DNA from: Octopus vulgaris
Lineage: Eukaryota
Direction: 5' to 3'
DNA: 64,000 bases
NCBI GenBank assembly: GCA_951406725.2
Contig: OX597828.1
Coordinates: 70,866,001 to 70,930,000 of the forward strand
A program made the position numbers and the translations under genes. A model generated the notes under the pieces. It made no database searches. It saw nothing but the letters and a program-made list of their open reading frames with translations, and was not told the DNA's origin. Below are positions 47,089 to 59,835 of the stretch, in pieces; position 1 is the stretch's first letter; the number at the start of each line of letters is the position of its first letter.

Positions 47089-47550
47089 AAATGCAGAATG
47101 TGTGTTGAGAGGAGTGAAACGGTATGGCACATCATTAGCGAATGCCCGAAATTGGCACAATGTGAATACAAAAGACGCCATGGCAATGTGGCAAGAATGA
47201 TCTATCGGCAGCTCTGTGGAAATCACGGCCTACAAAGAGCAAACAACTATGACGATTTGAAGTGGGAAATACGAAGTTTTGGGTCAATGAAGAGAGCAGA
47301 CGTGATACCAATAGTAATTGGTGCGCTTGGAAGTTTCTGCACTCAACTACAAACATGGCCGAAAAAGTTCGGTGCAAGTGTGAAGGTAGAACATCTACAA
47401 AATCCAGCATTGCTTGGAAGTGCAAGAAATCTTCTCAGGGTTCTTGAAACATGACCAGTAAAACAAGCGTCACCTTTGTCTGCTGGCTGTGGATAGCTGA
47501 CACTTTCCATCATACCCAGGAAAATAAGCTGTGAGTTTTCACCACATCAT
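47089..47550 (+). mobile_element. R4/Dong-clade non-LTR retrotransposon 3' fragment, internally deleted
   Basis: KCRMC..ETVWHIISECPKLA..EYKRRH (CCHC knuckle plus RH) is fused to YDDLKWEI...VIPIVIGALG...LQ..ALLGSAR..RVL*. The PD...D endonuclease core is missing. Adjacent to a TAA/TTA array. Confidence 0.85.
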
Positions 47551-47562
47551 AACGATGATAAT

Positions 47563-48849
47563 GTAGAGGTGTAAAGGTGTGCGTAGGCTGACCGGCGTAC
47601 AGGAATGCATCACAAAGGCGGTGAGCTGGCAGAAACGTTAGCATGCCGGGCGAAATGCTTAGCGGTATTTCGTCTGCCGTTACGTTGTGAGTTCAAATTC
47701 CGCCGAGGTCGACTTTACCTTTCATCCTTTCGGGGTCGATAAATTAAGTGACAGTTACGCACTGGGGTCGATGTAATCGACTTAATACCTATATCTGTCC
47801 TTGTTTGTCCCTTCTATGTTTAGCCCCTTGTGGGTAGTAAAGAAATGGGAATGCATCACAATGAAAGAAGAAGCCTGGCAGAATATTTGGTAAACAGCAA
47901 ACAAGACCTGCTACAGGATTTACCAAAAATGGATTTGAGAGTGCTCATGAATTCCGATCACGAATAGCCAACGCGAGAGAAGAAAGCCTACTCTGCGTGG
48001 AATTACATGGTCGGTTCCACTGTGAAACTTAAAAGACCAGGAAGTATTATGGAGGTGGCTCAGCAGAAGTGATCTAAACGAGTTGAGTGAAAGACTAGTC
48101 ATTGCAGCCCAGGATTAAGCATTGACTACCGACTCCGTGGAAAGGGATATATACCACACACAAGTGCAACGAACTTCTGCAGAATGTGTGGAAAAGAGGG
48201 TCGAAAGCGTGACTCACATGGTTGATGCTTGTGAAAGTCTTGCGCAGAAAGAATACAAGTGCAGACACGACAAGGCAGTCGAAAACCTCCACTGGCTACT
48301 ATGCCGGAGTATGGACACGAGGTAGCGAGTGCTTTGTACCAACATACACAGGAAAAGGTAATGGACGAAAAGGGGAAAGCAAAAATCCTTTGGGATTTTG
48401 ACTTCCAGAGAGAAAAGGTGTTAGAGCACCGAAGGCCGATTATAGTAACTTTTAGGAGGGACAAACAAGAGTGCCAAATAATCGATGTGGCTGTGCCAGG
48501 AGATCCACCTATCATCATGGAAGAAAGAGAAAAGATTGAGAAATATGGAGACCTGAGAATTGAGATTTCTAAGGTGTGGCAGCTACGAGAGTCAAACATA
48601 AAGGTAATCCATACTGTCATCGGAGCATTGGGTTCAATACCATCCAAACTGAAAAAAACATCTGAAACCTTAGAAATACCCTACAATCTAGATGTATTGT
48701 AAACGTCAGCATTACATGGAACTGCACGCATATTGAGTAAAGTACTGTCTGTCTGAGGTCCTTGGTATGACTTGACAAACAGTACAAACCCCAGGTAGAC
48801 ACAATACCTTCAATTAACAACCTCACGGTATTGTATACTGTGCAACGTC

Positions 48850-48888
<39 letters not shown>
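47563..48888 (+). mobile_element. R4/Dong-clade non-LTR retrotransposon, 5'-truncated and degenerate
   Basis: LHGR..., VIAAQD*AL, HMVDAC.SLAQKEYKCRHD, KILWDFDFQ..K.LEHRRP, IIDVAVPGD, EKIEKY and VIGALG motifs with frameshifts. Ends in (TAA)n at about 48851-48888 and is interrupted by a SINE. Confidence 0.88.
47616..47847 (+). mobile_element. tRNA-derived SINE family B (Meta/MESC-like central domain), full length with 14-bp TSD
   Basis: aggcggtgagctggcagaa...gagttcaaattc...cctttcatcctttcggggtcgataaa. TSD ggaatgcatcacaa at 47602-47615 and 47848-47861. Confidence 0.88.
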
Positions 48889-49112
48889 CCTTTCTACAAT
48901 AGGCACAAGGCCTGAAATTTCAGGGAGTGGAGTGTAGTTGATTACATCGACCCCCAGGACTCAACTGGTACTTGATTTACTTATTTTATCAACCCCGAAA
49001 GGATAAAAGGCCAAGTCGACCTCAACAGAATTTGAACTCAGAACGTAAAGACGGACAAAATGCCGCTAAGCATATGGCCTGGCGTGCTAACGATTCTACC
49101 AGCGCACCATCC
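48888..49112 (-). mobile_element. SINE family B copy (further decayed copies near 3105-3290, 27900-28085, 31120-31330, 40350-40540, 61170-61370)
   Basis: cccgaaaggat.aaaggc.aagtcgacctc...gaatttgaactcagaacg motif on the + strand. Confidence 0.75.
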
Positions 49113-49174
49113 TAATAATGAAGTCATCAACCAGTTTGATTAAATATAACAAGACTTAATGCATACCTATCTTT

Positions 49175-49216
<42 letters not shown>

Positions 49217-49420
49217 AATTTCTCGTTACCAACACATCTCTTACAATGCGAAACTTTATTTGCACTCATTTGCTCCACATTTCACCCTAATCCCTCTTCC
49301 TTTCCTTTCCCAATTTAATTTGTTGTTACCCTTATTATTCAGCCTCGTCTTTCCTTTACCAATATAATGACCCTCAATGAGACGCATGCACTCACGCAGA
49401 CACACTCCCACACACACTCC

Positions 49421-49475
<55 letters not shown>

Positions 49476-50757
49476 ACAAAGGCAGACAGACAAAATACCT
49501 GGCAGACATTTTGATGGTTGTCTTCACCACTTTCACTCGTTAACATCGACACTCCACGAATTCCTGGTTTCTTGCAGACATTTGGTAATGTTTCAATTAG
49601 AACTACTTTTGTCTTGATTATCTGCTTCGCTTCTACACAATCTAATCTTTTATAAATACTTGGTCTTTGATGCTACTCAACCCAACTTCATTATTTTCTT
49701 TTGCTTCAATATATTTAGTAAAAAGAACTCCAAGACATCCACCTGGCATCAGGGAGCAGTTTTATCTTTAGTTTTGCGTTGTTGTTTTCTCTAAGCTTCT
49801 TTTTTTTCCTTTTTTATGTTTGTCTTCATCTTACGTTTTCTCTCTCTTTCCCGTTCCTTTTTGGTTTTAATCAAACATGCTCTTGGAAGCAAATAGAATC
49901 TCGGGGGTTTATCAAAGATTTCTTTTGTTCTAAATTCCATCAGCGTCGCTTTACAGTTTTAGAAATTGGTTCTATGCAAGACTTCGGTTGGGAACTTTTT
50001 TTCGTTTCATCTGTTTTTTTGTTTTTGCTTTTGACTTCTGAAAGATAAGAGGCAGACAGAGATTATGTCGAAGGTGGCTTTATGGAATTCTCATTAATAA
50101 GCATACACTATTTCTATCTCCTTTTAATAAGAATATTTTTGCCATCAATCTCAGTAAAATCATTTATAAACCCCCAAAACCCTGTCAACAGTTCTTTTTA
50201 TTTTTCTTTCCCTTCCATTTTATTTTTTTAGGGAGTTGGAACAAGAAGGGGGTTGTTCTCGGCAACTTATTAACACATCAGCTCATGCATGAAGCGCACT
50301 CCTGGGCCAGAGGTAAAATGTCTCGAAGGCCAATTCTACAAATTAAGTTCAAATCCCGGTGGATCCATCTCACTTCACTGACGCTCCTATTAGTCTTTGA
50401 AACGTGCCAAACCGCACAAATTCTATTTGTGTCCAACCTTCTGCTATAAATTCATAAATCAGAGCCCTTCCAATAAATTAATCTTTCGTGACATTTTCAG
50501 TCATTCCATTACCAAATCTCTTTTTCTCCCTAAAATAACATTCTACCGTGATTTATTTTTTTTTTTGATTTTTTTTGTTCTTGTTTTTTGTTTTTGCTGT
50601 TCAAGTTTGAAGAAGTTATTTTGAACATATAAGTAAATAAACCGCAAATTCTATAAAGGGTTCTGTATTCATTAGAAAATTACACATTGCCACACAGAGT
50701 TACGTAACAGATTCGGTTATGTAAGCCTGAAGAGCTGGTTTCGTTTAACAAGACCAC

Positions 50758-50843
<86 letters not shown>

Positions 50844-50862
50844 TAAACATATATATATAAAT

Positions 50863-50939
<77 letters not shown>

Positions 50940-50943
<4 letters not shown>

Positions 50944-51126
50944 CGATTTTTTTCTTCTGTCTTCCCTTCCCTGGATCTTTCCTTCTCCTTTGTTTCCGAC
51001 GAAGAGCTCCGCTCGAAACGTTAAACCCTCCTTCTTTCCTTCTTTCCTGAGCGTTCAATAATACTATATTTGTTCCACGTCCTCGCGTTGTTGTGTTTTT
51101 TTGTGCTTTCTTGTTTGGATTAACTA
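50940..51126 (+). mobile_element. ~190-bp hammerhead-bearing element (Penelope pLTR-derived, non-autonomous), copy 1
   Basis: tggcgatttt...ggattaac, flanked by (TA)n. Homologous to 53770-53968, 54030-54231, 61568-61752 and the 3' half at 7661-7752. Confidence 0.7.
50992..51026 (+). ncRNA. Minimal hammerhead motif with U4-to-C core change (probably impaired)
   Basis: GTTT CCGACGA A GAGC-TCC-GCTC GAAAC GTT AAAC, identical to the 54087 copy except CTGA>CCGA. Confidence 0.5.
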
Positions 51127-51483
51127 TGTATGTATATATATATATATATATATGCGCAAATGAAGACTGAAACACGTGATTATGTACGAACACTTTACTT
51201 CACACAAAAACACTCACGGAGACACACGTCCATAATACAGACGCAGTATGTAGTCGCAAAATACCATACACACACACACACACATACACACACTCAGACA
51301 TGCACACACAAGGAGACAGAGGTACACACACACACACATGCAAACACACACACACACATGCAAACACGCACACACATAAAAACACACATACATACATACA
51401 TACGTACATGCGTATGCGCACACGCACTGACCTACCCACTGACCGCACAAACAAACAAAAAGAACGCAGCTTGAACAACGGAC

Positions 51484-51620
51484 AGAGTCAGCAACAATTG
51501 AAAATGTAAGACGCGACGAAAATTTTAGATAAACTAAATAAGTAAATGAGTGGAAATTTTACCGGTGCGTGTGTTAAATAAGGCACTAAAAGAGAATGAC
51601 CCTCCCCAGACACAACAGAG
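51484..51620. mobile_element. Second, inverted and one-end-truncated copy of the 54591 MITE
   Basis: gaaattttaccggtg.gtgtgtta...aaggcac.aaaaga.aatgac.ctccccagacacaacag is the reverse complement of 54596-54664. Confidence 0.65.
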
Positions 51621-51720
<100 letters not shown>

Positions 51721-51823
51721 CATTTGTGTGTGTGTGTGGTTTGCCACTAAATTTCGGAGTGAATACATGCCGAAGAATATAGAACCAAACAAATCATTCC
51801 AACATCCTGACGACGACGACGAC

Positions 51824-51866
<43 letters not shown>

Positions 51867-51894
51867 GTGATGGTGGTGATGATGGTGGTGGTGG

Positions 51895-51949
<55 letters not shown>

Positions 51950-52996
51950 GGTGGTGGTGATGATGAAGAGGAGGAGGAGGAGAAGGAGGAAGAAGAAGAA
52001 GAGAAGAAGAGAGGTGGGGAGAGGAGCTGAAGGAGGAGGAGGAGGTTGTTGGTGAAACTAAGAATAATGTTGAAGATGGTGGTGATGGTGATGGTGATGG
52101 GGACAACAACGACGATGATGATGGCGCCGACGAGGACGAACAGTGACAAACGCTGTGTATGGGAATTGGACGTCGGCGTAGGGGGAAGAGTCGCATCTGT
52201 GTAACTTTGAGAAACTTTCTGAAACCACTTCAAAGTCTCACATAAAAAGACAAAAAAAGGTCAGACGAGAAACCGTGGGACGACTTCGGCAGGCAACAGT
52301 CAAGGAGAAAACCAGTAAAGCATTCCTTTTGGAATCTGAAGAATTCCAGTTCAATCCCCACCTGTTCTCGCTGCTGTGTTGCTATTCCCGTCTGAATGTT
52401 TATGAGAGTTCACGGCTGAATATATAATGTTGTATACAGAGTATATAGAGATAATGTACAACAAACACACGCACGCATGTGTGTATATACGCATGTATGT
52501 ATGTGTATGTATGTATGTATGTATGTATGTTTGTATGTATATATGTATGTATGTACGTATGTATGTAAGTATGCGTGTATGTATTATGTATGCATATATG
52601 TACGTACATGTTTGTATATATATATATATATATATACACATATATTTATACACATATATACATATATGTATACACACACATATATATATATATACATACA
52701 AGGCACATATGTGTATATATGTGTGTATTTATAAATGTGTATATATGTGCGCATATATAAATGTGCATATGTATGTGTGTGTATGCGTGTGCATATATAA
52801 ATGTCAATATATATGTATATATATGTTTACAGACATATGTACCTATCTGTTTATATATATATATATATACATATACAAACATACATACATACATACATAT
52901 ATATTTACACATTCATATATATATATACATTTATATATATAAATGTATATTTGTATGTTTATATATATATATAAAACATACATATATATATATATA

Positions 52997-53033
<37 letters not shown>

Positions 53034-53073
53034 CACAATACATAAAGTGTTTTTCTCCCTCTCTCTCTCCCTT

Positions 53074-53110
<37 letters not shown>

Positions 53111-53517
53111 CTCTCTATCGCCCTATCACCCTCTGTAAATATGTGTGTATGTGTGCGCGCACGTGCGTGCATCCCTTTGTCTTGACATCGCTGTGAACGA
53201 GTGTCACCATCACTCAGCGGGTGCCAATGTCATCCATCGCCAATATTCTGAGGGAACATGTCTGGCCACAAGGAAATATTACTTTGCTTGCGAGTAGATG
53301 ACAGTTGGCGAGTGGAAGAGCACCCGACCACAAAAAATCTGCCTCACGTTAATATCGGACAGTGAGAATGAGTGCTCAACACCGCATTGGTGTTTATTTG
53401 TAGGTTACTAAGGTGACCATTGGTTTCATGCCGAAGTCTCTTAACAATTATCATGCCTTCCACATGGAATGCCTCCATTTTGTTAATCCACAAATAAAAT
53501 ATATATTCGTACATATA

Positions 53518-53754
53518 TAGGGTTGGCCAAAAGTCACCTGATAGTAATAGAAAACTATTTGATTCCAAGATTTATTTATGTTTAACAACTGAAGGAATCG
53601 AATAAAAGCATCTAAATATGAAACATCATGAAAATTGTTCAAACTGAAGCCCTTCTGGAGCGACACATTTTTCCATTCAAGTCAATACAGAATTACAGAT
53701 AGATAGTATTTATAGAATTTTGATTCACTGTCGGGTGACTTCTGGACAACCCTG
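53518..53754. mobile_element. Tc1/mariner-derived MITE
   Basis: TIRs (t/c)agggttg(g/t)cca(a/g)aagtcacc(t/c)ga(t/c)agt with TA flanks. The minus strand retains the transposase C-terminal remnant KCVAPEGLQFEQF. Confidence 0.75.
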
Positions 53755-53769
53755 TATATACAGTTTATG

Positions 53770-53968
53770 TGGATCGTTGGCGATTTTTTTCTTCCGTCTT
53801 CCTTTTCTCTTGGACTTTCCTCCGTTTCTTGTTTCTGATGAAGTGTCTTTGCTAGAAACATAAAACTACTTTTCTTTCCTTCACTGAACGTCTGCTAATA
53901 CTTTGCATGTACCACGTCCTCGCGTTGTTATTTTTTTCTAGTGTTTTTCCTCATTTTTTGGATTAATC

Positions 53969-54020
<52 letters not shown>

Positions 54021-54227
54021 CCTCGTGAATACCGTTGGCGATTTTTTTCCTCTGTCTTCCCTTCTCGGGATCCTTCCTTCACCTATGTTTCTGACGAAGA
54101 GCTCCGCTCGAAACGTTAAACCCCCCCCCCCCTTCTTCCCTTCTTTCCTGAGCGTCCAATAATACTTTATTTGTTCCATGTCCTCGCGTTGTTGTGTTTT
54201 TTGTTTTTTTGTGTTTTCTTGTTTGGA

Positions 54228-54231
<4 letters not shown>
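53770..54231 (+). mobile_element. Two tandem copies of the ~190-bp hammerhead-bearing element (53770-53968 decayed; 54030-54231 intact)
   Basis: Direct repeats separated by (TA)n(TG)n, with hammerhead cores at 53835 and 54091. Confidence 0.7.
54087..54121 (+). ncRNA. Minimal type-I hammerhead ribozyme motif (intact)
   Basis: GTTT [CTGACGA] A GAGC-TCC-GCTC [GAAA]C GT T AAAC. Stem I is GTTT/AAAC and stem II is GAGC/GCTC. Palindromic ACGT replaces stem III, and the cleavage triplet is GUU at 54115-54117. Confidence 0.75.
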
Positions 54232-54262
<31 letters not shown>

Positions 54263-54590
54263 TCTATCGTTCAAAACACTTTCTAAGCGTTACCCACTAT
54301 TCTCGTCTTATTGGCCCCAAGGCCGTATTTTGTTCGACTGTTTGGCCTCGTCCACCGCCCTAAATCGCACTCGGTGTCGTTTTGGTTGCTCTTGTCCCTA
54401 ATTCTACGCAAAAAAACTCTTTCTTGCGGGCACCGCCAATTGGGAAGCATTCAACTTATCGTTAAAGATGCGAAACTGAAAAAGTATCGTTGGTCGATAA
54501 CTGATGAAGAATTATGGACTTTCTGTTTGTCTCCGGTTAATTTTACATTCAGTATACCTTATATTGTTTGTTTATACATTTTTCATATAT

Positions 54591-54745
54591 ATATTCTGTT
54601 GTGTCTGGGGAGAGTCATTTTCTTTTTGTGCCTTATAATATAACACACTCACCGGTAAAATTTCTTATATTTATTCTCCTAAAATTTTCGTTGCATCTTG
54701 CAACCTTTTCAATAGTTTTGACTCTCCCCAGGCACAACAGAATAT
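54591..54745. mobile_element. Small MITE with 27-bp TIRs
   Basis: atattctgttgtgtctggggagagtca / tgactctccccaggcacaacagaatat (1 mismatch). A reverse-oriented relative lies at 51484-51620. Confidence 0.75.
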
Positions 54746-54851
54746 GCTTCAACACACGAACTCATATAAAGAATCTTGCAAACCAAAGCCAAAAACGAAA
54801 TATATACATATATATTTATATATATAATGCATGTCTATTCCTCTATTACAG

Positions 54852-54928
54852 AGCGACAGTCATTGAAAGAGCTGACGCTTGGTACAAAGACCATGGAGGA
54901 TTGACTAAAGTCATCTGTGAAGAAGACT
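54852..54928 (+). CDS. SPON1: Spondin-1-like internal exon, end of reeler domain (R-ATVIERADAWYKDHGGLTKVICEED)
   Basis: ttcctctattacag acceptor and T|GTAAGT donor. 77 nt, phase 2 to 1. Matches F-spondin ASIV...YFQDEGSLTKKLCEQD. Confidence 0.92.
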
Positions 54929-56202
54929 GTAAGTGGATCGGTTTCTATTATTGTTCTTAATGTTGCTATTGTGTGAAGGTACGTAAGTTTGTGGTTAAGG
55001 TGTTGGGTTCATGATCATAAGTACGTGGGTTCGCTTCCGAAAGTGGGCGGTACGTTGTGCAATTGAGCAAAGCACATCCACTTCATGCTACCCCAGTCTA
55101 CTCGGTTGTAAATGGGTACCAACTGAGCTCTGGTGCGAAACTCCCTTCCTCCTTCTCTCCCTTCCCCCTCCCTCCTGCTGCTATGTACTCAGTGTGCCAC
55201 TGAGTACATAGGTGGGAGAGCTGAGTGGTGGTGATGGTGTTGTGACACCAAAGGTGGTGGTAGCGATGGTAGTAGTTGTGGTAGCTGTGGTAGTAATAGT
55301 GGTAGCTGTGTGTACTGGTTGTTGTGGTAGTTGGTGATGGTTGTAGTGATAGTGGCGATGGTGATGTTAGTGTGTAGAAGTGGTGGTGGTGGTGGTGGTG
55401 GCGGCGGCGGTAGCGGTTGTGGTGGTGGTGGTGGTATCGGCATTAAACTTGGTGGTGTGTTGTGGTATTACGTTTGCCGGGTATGTGTGCTGTGCAATTT
55501 CCCATACAAACAGCCCAGAAGCAGCAGTTTCGCAGGATGGCAACTAGAGGTAGAGGCGGGGTACAGTTGCATAAAGGAGGGACCACCCTTTTCTCTACGA
55601 CACCCAGACAAACGCTTCTACGATGGCAAAACCCCACCACCCACCTACCCACCTCGTCAAACCGTCATCGTGATTTACTTTTGGTCAAATTCTTTCAGAT
55701 TCCCACCATGGGGCAGCTGCTTCATGCCACACCTGCAGTTCTGTTTATGTTCTGTAATGTATATAAAAAGTGTGTGTGTGTCGGTTAGTATGTGCAGGTG
55801 TATGTAGTGGGGTATCGGTGCGCGTGTGTGTGTGTGCATGTATGTATATGTATGTGTGACATTAAAGACGGTAACAGTCGTAATATATATGCCTATTGTG
55901 TTTTATATATATATATTATATAAAATATATCTACTCATACTTAGATACATATGTTATATATCTTTTTGTCTATGTTTGTGTATGTACATACATATATATA
56001 TATATATATACATATATTTAAAAATACATACATACATACACACACACATATATATATATATAAATACATATATAAAATATACAAATGTATCCATTTATAT
56101 ATGTATGCGTATGTATATATACAAAGATGCATATATACACACAATATATATATATATTATATGTATATATGTATGTTTGTATATGTGCATTTCACTCTCA
56201 TG

Positions 56203-56252
<50 letters not shown>

Positions 56253-57585
56253 ATATACATATATATATATGCATATGTATGTATGTATGTATGTATATAC
56301 AGAGAGAGAGAAAAAAAAACACTCGAAACACCCACTCATATACATGCAGATAGACCACATAGATATGTGTGTAAATACATATGTATACACATATACATAC
56401 ACGTGCGTATTTTACCCACGTTTATTATACACATACATACACACATGCGTACATGCATACATGCATGCATACATAACTACCTCCCCTGCTCTTTCTAACA
56501 TATTGTCTGGGAACTTTTTCAGGCCCACCCCTCCCCTCCAAAATGTCTCCTTATCAATTCCTTAATTTAATGAGCACCCATAAAAATAAGATGAAAGAAC
56601 TCCCTGAAATATTGCAAGAAGTCAGTATTGAAATTGGAAGCCTTCTTCTGACTCCCTTCTTTCCCCCAAAACTGACACGAGAGGGGAATCTCCTTCCCTT
56701 ATATGAGAGAAAAAAACCTCCCTTATATCAATACTGAAGTATTGATATAAGAGAGCTTTTTTTTTCTCTCTTGAGTCTGCACTATAGAAAGTAGGGTACG
56801 TTTTCATTCCATTTTCTGCACAAATGTAACAAGTAACCAGAACCCGCCCCTTACCCTTTGTATCTGCACTATTATTGAAATTAGGGTCCTTCCTCTTCCT
56901 TTATCTCAGAAACTATTGAAATTAGGGCCAATTCCTTTCTCTTCTGTTTGCACTAAGGAAATTGAGTCATCTCTCTTCTTGGGTTCTACAGTTTGAAAAT
57001 AAGGACGAATTACCCAATCTGTGCTCCATATTCTCAAACTTGAAAATTATTTCCTCGTGTTGATAAGAGGGCCTGCCTTCCTTTCTAACACAAAATCTAA
57101 TATTAGCTACAAACTCTTCTCTATTTTCAACATGGAAATTAGGAGTTGTCCCGTTTCCTGATTCAATTACCATAATCATATCTACAGCAGCTTGGTTTTC
57201 CATATTGAAAATTAAGAGCTATGCATATTCTTTTTAATATTTACATTTAAGGGCTGCTTCTTTCTTATTCTCAGAGTTAATATGTTGGAGTCTGCAGTAG
57301 TATATGTTGTTGTAATGCTTGTTAGAACAATACTTTTGTCTTCCCAGTATAAACAAGAGAAATTACTAATAATATTTACACAATCTCTGAAGATTTGACA
57401 ATGCATTCAGATTATAATATATTCCTTCTATAACCCATATTCATTGTTAATGAAATGTACATAAGATGATGTAACTAAATATCTAAACAAACTCTCCTTC
57501 TTTGTTTTATTTTACCCCCACCCCGCACGCACACAACATATATGTATGTGTATTTCTCTATCTATGCATTTGTCTACCTCTACAG

Positions 57586-57723
57586 ACTCCCAGAAGCACC
57601 AAAAAGATGAAATGGTCAATGACAACCAGGAAAGAAGTTGTTGTCCCTGTGATTCTGTCACCTACAAATTGATCTTCAAAGGTCTTTGGTCTCGACGGAC
57701 TCACCCGAAGGACTTCCCAACAC
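57586..57723 (+). CDS. SPON1: Spondin-1-like internal exon, linker plus start of Spondin_N (Y-SQKHQKDEMVNDNQERSCCPCDSVTYKLIFKGLWSRRTHPKDFPT)
   Basis: ctctacag acceptor and C|GTATGT donor. 138 nt, phase 1 to 1. Carries the CCxC..YxLxFxGxWSxxTHPKDFP motif diagnostic of F-spondin Spondin_N. Confidence 0.95.
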
Positions 57724-58721
57724 GTATGTTCATCAATCATTTCACTAATTAATGACATATCTAACTAATATCTTCGTCATATAAACTATATGTATTATAA
57801 CACACAACTATGTATAACATGCACCCCAATTTAGAGTCCTAAACTGTCTTAAAAACACCATGTATAGCATACAGTGTTTCACAGTTCCTTTAAAGAAGAT
57901 CAGCATTGCACACTAGACATAGTGGGTGGCACCATCCTCTGAGAGGGGCCGAGGAAAATTTTACAAAGACGCTGGTGTCAAAGGGATCCAAAGATTTGTC
58001 TTTTGATTGCACTAATTTTCAAAAAGCATTTCCGATATTTTTCCCGTGAGAATTATTTGATAATCTTAAATGTTGGCAAGTCGTTTTGACATTCCATAAT
58101 ATGTATTGATGAAATGCCTTATGTACGAATAGTCTTTTAATGGTACTCTTTTAATGGTGATAAATCTGTCAGCAGTAATTCTTTATGGGGTGTTTAATCA
58201 CATTGACTTGTAGCAAGGCGTTGAAAGGGTGTTGGTAACAGAAAAGGGGTAATAGTTTTTAAAATGTTTGATAACTACACGAGAAGAACCAGGTGATTGT
58301 TCAAGGTGTTAAAATCTGTGAGCACCAAGCAAATTCTTAAATACTTCAGCAAAAATTTCTTAATCCAAATAAAATCCTGCATTTTCAAAGAACATAAACG
58401 AAAAACAAAGGGACAGAAAAATTATATGTAACAAATATTTTTTAATGGTAGCCTTAGTAACAATGTCTGTCATTGAGGAATTGCTGTCATTGTAAATAAA
58501 CAATGTTTTAGTAGAAAATTTAGCCATCGCCAGCTGAACTATATTACACTATAAACTATTGTTCCTCCCTGCTTTTACCATACAATCATAGCAAGGAGAA
58601 GGGGATGTACATTGTAGGATGGGCCTGGGGTACTGAAATACCCTGGATACTAAAGTAAATACTTTAACCCAATAAATTAGTTTTCATTATTCATTTTTAT
58701 GTAAAACATAAAATGAATATA

Positions 58722-58928
58722 CAAGGGTGGGCAAAAGTAGATATACAATTGCCCAATACAAGTAGAACCTTCTTTTCATTTCTCTATTTCTTGATTAGGA
58801 TCAGAAATCTGTGATTATAATAAAATAATTATTCCTAATTTCAGATATTTATGATATGACTGGAAATTTGACAAACGATGTGAATGAAAGTTGATCATTC
58901 TATTCCTATCAAGCAACTGTATACCTAC
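58722..58928. mobile_element. Truncated Tc1/mariner-like MITE
   Basis: Left end caagggtgggcaaaagtagatatacaattgc, with a partial inverted right end gcaactgtatacctac. Confidence 0.4.
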
Positions 58929-59174
58929 GTATAATAATGGTTTGTGATTTAGAGACAAGGCCAGAAATTTTCGGCAGAGGTGGGGTTAGTGGAAACCATC
59001 GCCCCCTCCCCCAGTACAAGACTCGTACTTTATTTCATAAGCTTCAAAATGATGAAATGCAAAGTTGAGCTTGGTAGGATTTGAACTCAGAATCTAAAGA
59101 AATATTGCAAGATATTTTGTCCAATGCTCAAACGATTTTGCTACCTCTCCACCTTATCTCGATTTAATAACAAC

Positions 59175-59248
<74 letters not shown>

Positions 59249-59284
59249 TGATGATGATGATGATGATTTCTTTTACTTGCCACC

Positions 59285-59835
59285 AGTTGAGTACTGAGGT
59301 CGATGTTATCGTCTTACCCCCTCCCCTCAAATTTCAGGCCCGGTGCATGTTAGTAGAAAGGCGGCGAGCTGGCAGAAACGTTAGCACGCCGAGCGAAATG
59401 CTTAGTGGTATTTTGTCTGCCGCTACGATCTGAGTTCAAATTCCGCCGAGGTTGATTTTGCCTTTCATCCTTTCGGGGTCGATTAAATAATTACCAGTGA
59501 CGCACTGGGGTTGATATAATCAACTTAATCCGTTTGTCTGTCTTTGTTTATCCCCTCTGTGTGTATCCCCTTGTGGGCAGTAAAGAAAAAAGAAAGGATT
59601 TCTATTATTATGATAATGATGATAATAATCCTTTTTACTAAAGACACAAAGCATTAAATTTGGAGGGAAGGAAGTAGTCAATTGCATCAACCCCAGTGTT
59701 TCACTGGTACTTAATTTATTGACTCTGAAAGGATGAGAAGCAAAGACGACCTCGGTAGAATCTGAACTCGAAATGTAAGAACAGATGAAATGCCACCAAG
59801 AATTTTACCTGATGTGCTAACGATTCTGCCAGCTA
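59285..59835. mobile_element. SINE family B copies (+ ~59359-59590; - ~59630-59835)
   Basis: A full + copy followed closely by an older - copy. Confidence 0.75.

Noticed and set aside
55331-55807. Overlapping 108-158 aa ORFs between spondin exons
   Set aside because: No recognisable domain, partly (GGT)n-derived, and the flanking exons already join in frame without them.
57900-58640. Possible decayed hAT transposase (minus-strand FKIIK*FSR)
   Set aside because: Similarity is too weak and no TIR/TSD pair could be read.
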